From an uncultured Patescibacteria group bacterium (GTDB lineage: Bacteria; Patescibacteriota; Patescibacteriia; Veblenbacterales; UBA10138), in NCBI GenBank assembly GCA_937929825.1, contig CALFUV010000004.1, positions 1,042-65,041 on the forward strand: a stretch of 64,000 bases of DNA. Reading direction: 5' to 3'. Shown piece after piece: positions 29,267-39,340 of this stretch. Numbering within the stretch: position 1 is the first letter of the stretch; each line of letters opens with the position of its first letter. The notes under the pieces were generated by a model, which saw only the letters and a list, made by a program, of their open reading frames with translations, was not told the origin of the DNA and did no database searches. A program made the position numbers and the translations under genes.

Positions 29267-29677
29267 CTAATTGAGATTAATAGGTAAATATATAGGATTA
29301 TAAAATTTTTGTAAATCTCTCTGTAATAAAGAAAAAATAATTAGAGGATCAATATTATTATTTATTACAGATACCCTTCTCATCAATTTACTACAACTTT
29401 CAATAAACGGAACATCCATTATGGCTGGAGGGACCAAAATATAAATTAAACCCCAATAATTTACAACTTTTAGCTCATGTAGAAATTCTAGGGCTTCACT
29501 TTGATTTATAAATTCACCGATTATTATATCCGGTGAATCTACACCTGAACTCGCCCATTGAAAAGCTGCTTCTTTTTCCCCAATATAAACTTCAAATTTA
29601 TTTTCTATTAATATATATTGAAGATTTTTAAATACATCATCAACAAATAAAATTTTACCCTTAATTTTCTTCATTTT
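29267..29677 (-). CDS. Stand-alone, degenerate response-regulator receiver (REC)-like domain protein
   Basis: KILFVDD (β1 acidic pair), PDIIIGEF (β3 phospho-acceptor Asp) and IYILVPP (β4). The canonical T/S and K are not evident. The start is probably the internal Met (MKKIKGKILFVDD) rather than the ORF-track start at 29746. Confidence 0.3.
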   Translation of the reverse strand, partial: KMKKIKGKILFVDDVFKNLQYILIENKFEVYIGEKEAAFQWASSGVDSPDIIIGEFINQSEALEFLHELKVVNYWGLIYILVPPAIMDVPFIESCSKLMRRVSVINNNIDPLIIFSLLQRDLQKFYNPIYLPINLN

Positions 29678-29739
29678 TAATACCTTTATTTTATTTTTAA
29701 ATAAATTGATTTTCTGTTTTTGATTATTTATGCTTTTAA

Positions 29740-30723
29740 TTGTCATTTATAACAGTCAATATGAATTCTGTCAAACCGCCAATGATAACTATAATCGGAC
29801 AAACAGCTTCTGGCAAATCTATTTTAGCTATAAAACTTGCCAAAAAATTTAATGGTGCAGTAATTTCTGCTGATTCACAACAAATATACAAATATGCAAA
29901 AATTGGCACTAATCAACCAACTGGCCAATGGCTAAAAGCAGATAAAAAATGGCAAAAAGTGATTAACAAAGACCAGCTCTACTTTGTTGCAGGCATCCCA
30001 CACTTTTTTATTGATGTTTTATCACCTAATAAACAGTATTCAGCAGCTCAATTTCAAAACAATACCAATAAATTATGCACAAAGTTATCAACAGCCAAAA
30101 TTTTACCAATATTAGCCGGAGGAACTGGTTTATATGTTTCAGCTATTGTTGAAAACTATAAATTTCCAAAAACAAAAGCTAATTTAAGTCTTAGAAAAAG
30201 GCTTAATAAGTTATCCACAACTGTCTTACAAAAAAAACTCAAAAAACTTGATTTAATCACTTGGCAATCAATAGATAAAACTAACCGACGTCGCTTGATA
30301 CGGGCCTTAGAACATATTATTACAACAGGTGAATCTTTTCGTGGCAGCCAACAAAAAAATATACGGCCTAATACTTTGATTATTGGCTTGAAAAAAAATA
30401 AAAATACTTTACACCAAGCAATAGTTAAACGTACTAATAAAATGTTTGATCAAGGTTTAATAAATGAAGTTAAGTTTTTACAAAAAAAATACCCCCATTC
30501 TCCACTACTACATTCAATTGGCTATCGTGAAGTGATAGATTATTTAAAAAATAAAATTACACAAACTGAATGCAGGCAAAAAATAATAAACCATACTTGG
30601 CAATATGCACGACGACAATTAACTTGGTTTAAAAAAATGTCTAATATTAAATGGGTTAATAATTACCAACAAGCCGAAAAAATTATTAAACATTTCTTAA
30701 AAAATTATTCTAATATTAACTAA
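29740..30723 (+). CDS. miaA: tRNA dimethylallyltransferase
   Basis: P-loop GQTASGKS. Typical IPP-transferase layout. Confidence 0.85.
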   Translation: MSFITVNMNSVKPPMITIIGQTASGKSILAIKLAKKFNGAVISADSQQIYKYAKIGTNQPTGQWLKADKKWQKVINKDQLYFVAGIPHFFIDVLSPNKQYSAAQFQNNTNKLCTKLSTAKILPILAGGTGLYVSAIVENYKFPKTKANLSLRKRLNKLSTTVLQKKLKKLDLITWQSIDKTNRRRLIRALEHIITTGESFRGSQQKNIRPNTLIIGLKKNKNTLHQAIVKRTNKMFDQGLINEVKFLQKKYPHSPLLHSIGYREVIDYLKNKITQTECRQKIINHTWQYARRQLTWFKKMSNIKWVNNYQQAEKIIKHFLKNYSNIN

Positions 30724-32176
30724 TTCCAGCCTGTTTTTTAATTTCTTCCTCTATCAATACAGGATTAATTTTACCTTTAGTATTTTTCATAACTAAACCA
30801 ACAAAATATTTTATCAAAACAGTTTTACCTCTTCGCAATTCCTCAGCCTGAGTTAAATGTAAATTAATGACTTTACCAACCTCGTCTTCAACATTAAAAC
30901 TATTTTCCAGCTGTGATAAATCTTCATTTTTTATAATTTCAAAAGGAGGCTGACCGCTTTCTACCATTTTACGCAATAAAACTTGGGCATTAGTGGAATT
31001 TACTTGTCGTCGCGCCACCATTAGTAAAAACTGCACAAAATCAGAAACCCCAAACGGTAATTCGTTCAGACTTATTTTTTTATCAGCTAAAACTTCAGTT
31101 AATTTATTCACAATCCAATTAACTGCTAATTTGGCTGTAGCTCCAACACTGCCATCCAATTCACCTGCCAATTCAATAATTACCCGCTCAGTATAATCAC
31201 CTAACTGCTTATCTTCAGTTAAAAGACGGGCGTCAGCTGGTTTTAAATCATAACTTGACTGCCAGCGTCGACGACGAGCGGCTGGTAATTCCGGTAACTC
31301 TTCACGCCACATATCAACTTGTTCTTGAGTTAACCGTAAAAAGTGGATATCGGGCTCTGGAAAATAACGATAATCATTCTCAGCTTCTTTTTCTCTTTGA
31401 GCAATCGTTTCTCCCCTCAACTCATCCCATCCCCGAGTATTGGTGACTGAAACCGGCTGACCATTATGCCAAAGTTCACTTTGGCGTTTTATTTCATACT
31501 TTAAGGCTTTTTCTACTGAACGGAAAGAATTCAAATTCTTAATTTCTGTTTTAGAATATAAGTTATTATCACCCTTAGGTCGCAGAGAAATGTTAGCATC
31601 ACAACGTAAATGACCTTTTTCCATATCAGCATCAGATGCACCAATATAACGCATTATTAACCTTAATTCCTGTAAAAAAATTCTGGCTTCTTCCGGTGTT
31701 TTAATTGATGGCGTGGTAACTATTTCTAACAAAGGAATCCCAGCCCGATTAAAATCAATCAATGATTTTTTATTTTGATGTATCAATTTAGCTGTATCTT
31801 CTTCTAAATGTAATCGTTCTAAATCTATTTTTTTTAAACCAGCCGATGTTTCAATTTCCAAATAACCATTACTGGCTAAGGGTTCATCATACTGAGAAAT
31901 TTGATAACCCTTGGGTAAATCAGGATAAAAATAATTTTTACGATCAAATTTAGAATTTAAGTTTATATTAAAATTTAAAGACAAGGCTGCTTTTACCCCT
32001 ATTTCAATAGCTGCAGCATTTGGTACAGGTAAAGTACCCGGGTGGCCTAAACAAATAGGACAAACAGTAGTGTTGGGTGATTTATTTTCACCGCTGTTAT
32101 CACAAGAGCAAAACATTTTACTCTTGGTCTTTAGTTGAAGATGTATTTCTAAACCAATAATAGGTTCTAATTCCAT
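30716..32176 (-). CDS. gatB: Asp-tRNA(Asn)/Glu-tRNA(Gln) amidotransferase subunit B
   Basis: LEIHLQLKTKSKMFCSC N-terminal signature. 486 aa. Confidence 0.9.
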   Translation of the reverse strand: MELEPIIGLEIHLQLKTKSKMFCSCDNSGENKSPNTTVCPICLGHPGTLPVPNAAAIEIGVKAALSLNFNINLNSKFDRKNYFYPDLPKGYQISQYDEPLASNGYLEIETSAGLKKIDLERLHLEEDTAKLIHQNKKSLIDFNRAGIPLLEIVTTPSIKTPEEARIFLQELRLIMRYIGASDADMEKGHLRCDANISLRPKGDNNLYSKTEIKNLNSFRSVEKALKYEIKRQSELWHNGQPVSVTNTRGWDELRGETIAQREKEAENDYRYFPEPDIHFLRLTQEQVDMWREELPELPAARRRRWQSSYDLKPADARLLTEDKQLGDYTERVIIELAGELDGSVGATAKLAVNWIVNKLTEVLADKKISLNELPFGVSDFVQFLLMVARRQVNSTNAQVLLRKMVESGQPPFEIIKNEDLSQLENSFNVEDEVGKVINLHLTQAEELRRGKTVLIKYFVGLVMKNTKGKINPVLIEEEIKKQAGIS

Positions 32177-32245
32177 ATGTTGTTAAGTGTAGCAAAAATT
32201 CATATAAAAAGCCTAGCCCCAAAAAGGTACTAGGCAAAAATTTAA

Positions 32246-33118
32246 TTAATAGACGGCCGGCATAAAACAACGATGTAATTCTAGTAATTTTTTTTCCTCC
32301 AAACTCAATATTGGAGTAAAAATAATTTTTTCTGAATATTTTCTCTCTATCCAAAAAACATCTCCTACCAGATTATAAAAACCTGGCGTTCTTTCTCGTA
32401 GCCATTGGGCTACGGCATTTCTAATTTTTTCCGGAGTGGTTAATTCGGTTGAGCCAAAATATTTTTTCTCCTGTTCTATTATTTCCTCAAGCAGAGCTTG
32501 GGAAAATTTTTTTTGTTCAGGATTTAAATTTTTACTGAATAGTTCCTTACACATCTGTTGAACTCGACCTCGCCAATGAAGAAGTATTTTAGCGGCTAAA
32601 CCTCGTAGCAATTTGGATTCAAAAGCGCCTAACCTAAATAATTGACGACGGAAAATATCAGCAGCACAAAAATCTTCTAATTGTTTTTTGGAGTATACCA
32701 TGGCTCCATAAACCTTGGAAACTAAAGGCAAATCCAAAAAACTTGAAAAAGCTACTAAGGTACCAAATGCGCCAGCGTCGTCTAGTTGAATGAGGGGCTT
32801 AACACAATAATTAAAACCCTCATTTTTCTCATCTAGAGTAACTTCATTAAGTGGTTTACCAATACCACTAGCATAAGCTGGAGTAAAAAAAGTTATATCA
32901 AAAGGACCGCTTGACAATGGTGATTCTAACCATGATGAGTCATTAATAACTTCACTAGACAATTTTATTATCATTATCTCGTTAGCTAATGGAATTGGCT
33001 TATAACTGGTAGTAGTGGCTACAATATAAGCTCCGTGACTATAAACTTGACGGACGGCTGCAATGGCAGCCTGTCCAACGACACCACTGGCGCCGATGAC
33101 CAATATTTTCTTTTTCAT
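32246..33118 (-). CDS. NAD(P)-binding Rossmann-fold protein of unclear function
   Basis: KKILVIGASGVVGQAA, a GxxGxxG-type dinucleotide-binding N-terminus. The remainder was not recognised. Confidence 0.4.
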   Translation of the reverse strand: MKKKILVIGASGVVGQAAIAAVRQVYSHGAYIVATTTSYKPIPLANEIMIIKLSSEVINDSSWLESPLSSGPFDITFFTPAYASGIGKPLNEVTLDEKNEGFNYCVKPLIQLDDAGAFGTLVAFSSFLDLPLVSKVYGAMVYSKKQLEDFCAADIFRRQLFRLGAFESKLLRGLAAKILLHWRGRVQQMCKELFSKNLNPEQKKFSQALLEEIIEQEKKYFGSTELTTPEKIRNAVAQWLRERTPGFYNLVGDVFWIERKYSEKIIFTPILSLEEKKLLELHRCFMPAVY

Positions 33119-33131
33119 AATTATCTCCTTT

Positions 33132-33839
33132 TTAATTTACTTTTTTGATGGTTGGTTTAATTACTATTTTATCCCAAACCTTATGATGTATTTCCTTGGG
33201 TGTCAAGAGCCTGCCTGCTTCTAGACATTTAATAACTTTGGCTTTAATTAAACTTGCCAGCTGTAAATATCTCTCTTCGGCAGCTTTTAAATGTGTCAAA
33301 TCAGCCTCATGAAGATCTTTTTTAACACCTGATTTTATGTAACCTCTGATATTCTTTTTAATAACCAACTTTTGAGCAATTTCAGCTGGTACATGCAATA
33401 ATATTGTTAGATTTGGTTTAGGCAAACCTAAAACATTAAATTCCAAATTAAACAACCACTGCCAATATTTCTTTAATTCTCTACTTGACTTTATCTTTCC
33501 GCCTTGATGAGCCGCGTTAGAAAGAGTAAATCTATTAGCTACTACTATCCTGCCTTGTTTAAGCCATAAATGAAGCTTATTCTTAACGGAATAACGATCT
33601 AGGGCATAAAAAAGAGAAGCAATATAAGGTGAAACATTTTTACCATATTCACCGTTTAAATATTTCTCCACATAATAAGCCGATGGTTTGCCGTATTGTG
33701 GAAAATCCAACTTAGAAACTTTATAACCACAACGTCGCAAAGCCGAAACTAATAACTTAAATTGTGTACCTTTACCAGAGCCGTCTGTTCCCTCAATAGC
33801 AATAAAAAAACCTTTTTTAACTTTTTTCATAAACCACAA
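33132..33839 (-). CDS. tmk: Thymidylate kinase
   Basis: IAIEGTDGSGKGTQ P-loop and the DRY motif (ALDRYS). Confidence 0.85.
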   Translation of the reverse strand: MWFMKKVKKGFFIAIEGTDGSGKGTQFKLLVSALRRCGYKVSKLDFPQYGKPSAYYVEKYLNGEYGKNVSPYIASLFYALDRYSVKNKLHLWLKQGRIVVANRFTLSNAAHQGGKIKSSRELKKYWQWLFNLEFNVLGLPKPNLTILLHVPAEIAQKLVIKKNIRGYIKSGVKKDLHEADLTHLKAAEERYLQLASLIKAKVIKCLEAGRLLTPKEIHHKVWDKIVIKPTIKKVN

Positions 33840-34323
33840 ACTTATAAGTAATATGGCCTTCGGTTATTGGCTCGGATTCACTTTTTTTAATAAACTGGGC
33901 CGGAATCTCGGGGAAAAAAGTATCACAATTAAAATTACCTTGTATTTCTGTTAAATACAATTTTTGACACAAGGGATGAACTATGGCTTGCCTATATACT
34001 TGCCCGCCACCAATGACAAAAATTTGCTCTACAGACTTGCTGATAAGTGTTGCAAGAGCCTCATCAATGGATTGTGCCTTATAAACCCCTTTAGGTAATT
34101 GAAAATACTTTTCTGTTAAAACTATATTTATTCTTTGCGGCAATGGCCTAAATTTCTCAGGTAAAGAAAGCCAAGTAGTTCGGCCCATAATAATGCCATT
34201 ATTCCCCCTACCTACGGTAATCTTTTTAAAATACTCCATATCACCTTGTAAATTCCAAGGCAAACCTCCTTTTATACCAATGCCTCTCTTATCATCAATT
34301 GCTGAAATAATAGAAAAATACAT
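33817..34323 (-). CDS. folA: Dihydrofolate reductase
   Basis: ISAIDDKRGIGIKGGLPW...GRTTW...VIGGGQVY, the DHFR signature. Confidence 0.85.
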   Translation of the reverse strand: MYFSIISAIDDKRGIGIKGGLPWNLQGDMEYFKKITVGRGNNGIIMGRTTWLSLPEKFRPLPQRINIVLTEKYFQLPKGVYKAQSIDEALATLISKSVEQIFVIGGGQVYRQAIVHPLCQKLYLTEIQGNFNCDTFFPEIPAQFIKKSESEPITEGHITYKFVVYEKS

Positions 34324-34375
34324 AATCTTTATTTATTCTACTATATTAATATAAATATATCTTTTAAATTATTTA

Positions 34376-35302
34376 CTAAACCGCAATTTGAAACTTAATA
34401 AAGGGATGGCTTTGATAATTTTCCAACACAAAATCGTCTGGTGTTAATTCGTCCATAGGTTTGGATGATATTTTTAATGTTGGTAAAGGCAAGGGTTGAC
34501 GATCAAGTTGTTCTTTTATACCTTCTAAATGATTTTGGTAAATATGAGCATCTCCAAAAGTGTGAATAAAAATCCCAGGAGTAAGATTGGTCTCTTGAGC
34601 AATTATGGTTAAAAGGGTGGCATAAGAAGCAATATTATAAGGTACACCCAAAGCCATATCAGCACTGCGCTGATAAAGCTGTAAATCAAGCCTGCCTTCT
34701 TGTGAAACATAAAACTGAAAAACAGTATGACAAGAAGGCGGCGCATAATGACGGGCCTTTATGAGGCCCTGCATCTCTCCTACATTCCAACCGTTTACAA
34801 TCAAACGACGGGAATATGGGTCATTCTTAATTGTCTTTATTATCTGTTGGATTTGATCTATTTCCCGTCCATCTTTTGTACCCCAACGACGCCACTGTTT
34901 ACCATAAACAGGTCCAAGCTCACCCCATCTCTGGGAAAAATCATCATCATTTTTTATTCTCTCTACAAATTTAGCCATTTCAAACTGCCATTCTTCAGAA
35001 TAACGGGGAAATTTTTCTAATAACTTATTCTCTTCTAAATAAATCTCAAAAGCCCATTCGTTCCAAATATTCACACCGTTCTGCACCAAATATTGAATAT
35101 TAGTATCGCCACGTAAAAACCATAATAATTCCACCACTATATTACGGTAATTAACCTTTTTAGTGGTAACTAAAGGAAAACCTTGTCTTAAATCAAATTT
35201 CCTTTGAGCACCAAACAAAGAAACTGTACCAATTCCCGTACGATCTTGACGCACTTCACCTTTATCTAATATTTCCTGCAATAGACTCAGATATTGCTGC
35301 AT
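34376..35302 (-). CDS. thyA: Thymidylate synthase (ThyA, folate-dependent)
   Basis: [16 protein letters not shown] and the active-site region PPSCH (catalytic Cys context). Confidence 0.9.
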   Translation of the reverse strand: MQQYLSLLQEILDKGEVRQDRTGIGTVSLFGAQRKFDLRQGFPLVTTKKVNYRNIVVELLWFLRGDTNIQYLVQNGVNIWNEWAFEIYLEENKLLEKFPRYSEEWQFEMAKFVERIKNDDDFSQRWGELGPVYGKQWRRWGTKDGREIDQIQQIIKTIKNDPYSRRLIVNGWNVGEMQGLIKARHYAPPSCHTVFQFYVSQEGRLDLQLYQRSADMALGVPYNIASYATLLTIIAQETNLTPGIFIHTFGDAHIYQNHLEGIKEQLDRQPLPLPTLKISSKPMDELTPDDFVLENYQSHPFIKFQIAV

Positions 35303-35439
35303 AGATAATAGTTACGATTGATAAGTACTATACTGTAAGATAGCGCTAAATCAAATATATCACAACTTAACAAAAAATTACTCACCACCTTACAAACTGG
35401 TGAAAAATTAATTTAATTACTCTACTAAAAATCAGCCTG

Positions 35440-35865
35440 TTATTTACCCGTACTGCCAAAACCACCTTCACCTCTTGAGGTCTCCGATAAAACTTGAACT
35501 TCCTCTACTTCAACTCTTTCCACTTTTTGAAGAAGCATTTGCATGACTTTTTCACCCTGCTTGAAATGATAATCAGTATCACTGGTATTAAGAAGTGTTA
35601 ATAGTAATTCTCCTCTATAACCAGAATCTATTACTCCTGCCATTACCTTTAATCCATGTTTAGCTGCTAAACCTGATTTATCCCAAAAAAGACCTACATA
35701 ACCATCTGGTATAGCCACAGCCAGTCCTGTGCGAATACCTGTCCTACGACCACGGGCTGGTACCACAAAATCTTCTAAAGCGTAAAAATCAAGGCCGGCA
35801 TCTCCTAAATGTTCATAAGACGGCAACTTAGCCTGTGGATCAAGTTTTTTAACTTGTAATTTCAT
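35440..35865 (-). CDS. dut: dUTP diphosphatase
   Basis: GDAGLDFYA, GLAVAIPDGYVG and IDSGYRGEL, the dUTPase motifs. Confidence 0.9.
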   Translation of the reverse strand: MKLQVKKLDPQAKLPSYEHLGDAGLDFYALEDFVVPARGRRTGIRTGLAVAIPDGYVGLFWDKSGLAAKHGLKVMAGVIDSGYRGELLLTLLNTSDTDYHFKQGEKVMQMLLQKVERVEVEEVQVLSETSRGEGGFGSTGK

Positions 35866-35975
35866 AATATTAGGGGGAGGAATTAATATTTTCTTAATTA
35901 ATATACTGATTCATATTCAATAATCATCTTTTTTAAATTTTTAAGATTAAATAAAAAATATCACACCTCATATTA

Positions 35976-36548
35976 TTATAAATATTTTTTAACCAACTCT
36001 TTTTCAATTTTATTATACAATTCTTGTATTGTGCCGTCATTAATAATTTTTAACTGGGCTCTTCTTCCTAGTTTGCTAATATAAACTTCGGTTACTGCTT
36101 TTTCTTCACGCTTAAAATCAGTTAAACTTACTTTATTCTCACCGACTTTTTCCCTGCGCTGTCTAGCTCGTTCATAACGCAATGATAAAGGAGCTGTTAA
36201 ATATACCAATAAAAATCCAGGCAATTTTTTTAATAAATCATATTCAGCCGGATGACGCAGACCATCTATCACCACTCTCTTATAACCGTGAGAAATTATA
36301 TCCTGCTTAATTACTTGGGCTAAAATTCCTCCGCCAAATCTTTCTCTAAGCGCACTTACTAAATTAATTTGATTAGATCGGCTAATTGGTAAATGTAAAC
36401 GATTTAAAATATCCGATATAATACGGGAAAAATGATAACCGTAAAAATTGTGTCTCTTAATAAGATACTGCGCAGCCACTTCTTTACCAGCAAGTTTTTC
36501 CCCCACAAAAACTACTACTGCCGGTTTTATTTTTTTCTTTAATGCCAT
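35976..36548 (-). CDS. P-loop nucleotide/nucleoside kinase-family protein (possible dNMP kinase)
   Basis: Walker A VVVFVGEKLAGKE and a VIDGLRHPAE lid/NMP-binding-like motif. It is embedded in the dTTP-synthesis cluster. Confidence 0.45.
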   Translation of the reverse strand: MALKKKIKPAVVVFVGEKLAGKEVAAQYLIKRHNFYGYHFSRIISDILNRLHLPISRSNQINLVSALRERFGGGILAQVIKQDIISHGYKRVVIDGLRHPAEYDLLKKLPGFLLVYLTAPLSLRYERARQRREKVGENKVSLTDFKREEKAVTEVYISKLGRRAQLKIINDGTIQELYNKIEKELVKKYL

Positions 36549-36553
36549 AATAA

Positions 36554-37135
36554 TTAATCTTGATTGCTTAATTCCTCTGATAACTTAGAAGCTAATGGCT
36601 TAGTTTGTCCTGAATATTTATTGCTATGCTTAGCATAATAGGGCACTTCTACTGGTCCCGATACCTCTTCAAAAGTAAAAGCACATATTCTTATACCTGG
36701 ATACAATGCCACCGGCATAACTCCTAAATTACCTAATTCCATAGTTGGCACACCACGCCAGCCGGGATCAAAAATTGAAGCTGTGCCGTGAACTATTATT
36801 CCTAAACGACCCAGTGAACTTCGACCTTCAATTCTACCTAAAATATCATCAGCTAACTCTAAATTTTCCTCTACACTGGCAAGGGCAAAATCACCCGGCT
36901 GTATAATAAAAGGTTCATCAGTTGAAATAATTATTTCATCCATTAACTTATCAATATCCACTTGTCTTTTTAAATCAATATAAGGATAACGCGAATGCCT
37001 AAAAACCCGAAAGTTTCTGCCCAAATGCAAATCAATGGAACATGAACCTAATTGTTTTGCCAAATCAGGCGCTGGTGTTATTTTTATTCTTCCCGTCGAG
37101 AGCGCCTTTTTAATATCTCGGTCAGAAAGTATCAT
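36554..37135 (-). CDS. dcd: dCTP deaminase
   Basis: MILSDRDIKKAL N-terminus. dUTPase-like fold motifs (IDLHLG, GxxxHGT). Confidence 0.85.
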   Translation of the reverse strand: MILSDRDIKKALSTGRIKITPAPDLAKQLGSCSIDLHLGRNFRVFRHSRYPYIDLKRQVDIDKLMDEIIISTDEPFIIQPGDFALASVEENLELADDILGRIEGRSSLGRLGIIVHGTASIFDPGWRGVPTMELGNLGVMPVALYPGIRICAFTFEEVSGPVEVPYYAKHSNKYSGQTKPLASKLSEELSNQD

Positions 37136-37138
37136 AAA

Positions 37139-37825
37139 CTAAACTATGTTCAATTTAATAGACGGGCTCATAGAAGCAGCTAGGGTAATATTTTTAAAAT
37201 ATGTTCCTTTAGCAGCCGCTGGTCTGGCTTTTTTCAAGGATTCTATAACAGCATTAATATTTTCTAATAATTTATCATCAGAAAAAGAAAGCCGCCCAAC
37301 TACCAAATGAACATTACCGGTATCATCAGCTTTATAACTTACCTTACCAGCTAGTAATTTACCTACCACCTCACCCACATTTGGTGTTATGGTTTCTGTT
37401 TTTGGATTAGGCATTAATCCTTGCTGGCCAAGTATTTTAGCAATTGGTGCTAATAGTTTCATCATTTCAGGTGTAGCTATAGCAATATCAAAATCGCACT
37501 TCTTACTGGCTTGTATATCTTTAATTAATTCTTCTCCACCTGCAATATAAGCACCGGCGGCTTTGGCTTCTTTTACTTTTTCCTCGCCGCAAAAAACCGC
37601 TACTCTTATTTTTTTGCCTGTGCCATGAGGTAAACTTACACTGCTGCGTACTAGTTGATTGACCTGTTTAACATCTATACCAAGTTTAGCATGAAGTTCA
37701 ACGGCTGAATCAAATTTAGTTGACGGCATTTGTTTTAATAACTTAATAGCCTCGCTGGGGCTATAGGCCTTGCCTTGTTCAATCAACTTAACAGCGGCCT
37801 GATATTTTTTACTTCTGATTGCCAT
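37139..37825 (-). CDS. rplA: 50S ribosomal protein L1
   Basis: KYQAAVKLIEQGKAYSPSEA...VRSSVSLPHGTGK. Confidence 0.95.
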   Translation of the reverse strand: MAIRSKKYQAAVKLIEQGKAYSPSEAIKLLKQMPSTKFDSAVELHAKLGIDVKQVNQLVRSSVSLPHGTGKKIRVAVFCGEEKVKEAKAAGAYIAGGEELIKDIQASKKCDFDIAIATPEMMKLLAPIAKILGQQGLMPNPKTETITPNVGEVVGKLLAGKVSYKADDTGNVHLVVGRLSFSDDKLLENINAVIESLKKARPAAAKGTYFKNITLAASMSPSIKLNIV

Positions 37826-37927
37826 ATTTATTCCTTTCAGGTGGTGCTAACCTTTATTTTTATAAAGTCCCACCAGATTAATAAATAATATTAATTACTT
37901 AATTATAATTTATTTGATTAAAATTTA

Positions 37928-38356
37928 CTAACCTTCCACCACAATACCCATATTCCTAGCCGTGCCTTCAATAATTTTCATAGCCGCGGCCAAGTCATTG
38001 GCATTAAGATCAGGCATCTTAATTTTGGCAATCTCTTCAATTTGTGCTCTTGTCACCTTGCCAACTTTCTCCTGTAAGGGCTTGCCCGAACCTTTTTCAA
38101 TTTTAGCCGCTTTTTTCAACAATTCAGCCGCCGGTGGAGTTTTCAGAATAAAAGTATAGGTTCTGTCCTCATAAACTGTCATTTCTACAGGGGTCACCTC
38201 GCCCAGCCTGTCCTGTGTGGCGGCATTAAATTTTTGCACAAATTCGGCAATATTAAGGCCATGTGGACCTAAAGCTGTACCTACCGGTGGGGCTGGTGTA
38301 GCTTTACCACCAGGAATTTGTAATTTGATAATTGTTTTAACTTTCTTTGGTGGCAT
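37928..38356 (-). CDS. rplK: 50S ribosomal protein L11
   Basis: [26 protein letters not shown]. Confidence 0.95.
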   Translation of the reverse strand: MPPKKVKTIIKLQIPGGKATPAPPVGTALGPHGLNIAEFVQKFNAATQDRLGEVTPVEMTVYEDRTYTFILKTPPAAELLKKAAKIEKGSGKPLQEKVGKVTRAQIEEIAKIKMPDLNANDLAAAMKIIEGTARNMGIVVEG

Positions 38357-38392
38357 AATAAAAAATCAAAATTTAAATATTAAAAATAAAAA

Positions 38393-38938
38393 TTATAATT
38401 TCTGAATTTGTAAACTATCAAGCTCTACCGGAGTTTCACGACCAAACATAGAAACCAGTGCCTTAATCTTACCCCGAGCCTCATCCACTTCGGCTACTTT
38501 GCCTTCAAAATCCTTAAATGGACCATCAATAATTTTAACCGGTGTGCCGGGCGAAACATCAATCTGATATTTAGGCTCCTGAATACCCATACGCTTTTGA
38601 AGTTCTTTAATTTCTGATTCATCAATCGGCGTAGGAGTAGTACCTGTGCCAATAAATCCAGTAACATTAGGGGTATTACGCACTACATACCAACTATCAT
38701 CAGTTACTATCATTTCCACCAGTACGTAGCCGGGAAATATTTTTTCCTCTATCACCCGACGCCTACCGTTCTTGATACGAATTTTTTTTTCAGTTGGAAT
38801 AAGTACGTTGAATATTTTATCCGACATATCCATGGATTCAATTCGTTGTTTTAAATTACGCGCAACATTCTCCTCATACCCGGAATATGTATGAATAGCA
38901 TACCAGCGTTTAGCTTGTTGCCCTGTTTGACGAGACAT
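38393..38938 (-). CDS. nusG: Transcription termination/antitermination factor NusG
   Basis: KRWYAIHTYSGYE NGN domain. C-terminal KOW (GTPVKIIDGPFKDFEGKV). Confidence 0.9.
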   Translation of the reverse strand: MSRQTGQQAKRWYAIHTYSGYEENVARNLKQRIESMDMSDKIFNVLIPTEKKIRIKNGRRRVIEEKIFPGYVLVEMIVTDDSWYVVRNTPNVTGFIGTGTTPTPIDESEIKELQKRMGIQEPKYQIDVSPGTPVKIIDGPFKDFEGKVAEVDEARGKIKALVSMFGRETPVELDSLQIQKL

Positions 38939-38977
38939 AAGTATTATAATTCTAAAATTAACTTTAAAAAATAAGTA

Positions 38978-39169
38978 TTAGCCGAGGAATAATATTTTTT
39001 CCAATCCCAAATTAAGTAAAAAATCAACCGCTCCCAAAAAAGCTGCCAAAAAAACTGATAAAGCTATAACTATCAGCGTATGTTGAATTATTTCATTTTT
39101 AGTAGGCCAAACAACTTTTTTCAACTCTTCCCAAGCCCCCTTAAAATATGAAATTAATGTATTTACCAT
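38978..39169 (-). CDS. secE: Preprotein translocase subunit SecE
   Basis: 63-aa protein with EELKKVVWPTK followed by a single TM helix. It sits in the conserved position upstream of nusG. Confidence 0.75.
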   Translation of the reverse strand: MVNTLISYFKGAWEELKKVVWPTKNEIIQHTLIVIALSVFLAAFLGAVDFLLNLGLEKILFLG

Positions 39170-39340
39170 AAAAAATTTGCTAAAATTAGGCTTTTTTAAA
39201 AGGCCTTTGTGGGCCTTTGTTTTAACAAATATATAATACCAGCTAAGTTAAATTATGGCAAGTATCACATAATAAAAATTAAAAATCGGCCCAAAGCATA
39301 TTATTAATTAATGCTGAGCCGATCATTTGATGATATTATT

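Noticed and set aside
39170-39340. Expected tRNA-Trp upstream of secE
   Set aside because: No cloverleaf-compatible sequence (no GGTTCRANTCC T-arm or matching acceptor stem) is present. The region holds only terminator-like hairpins.
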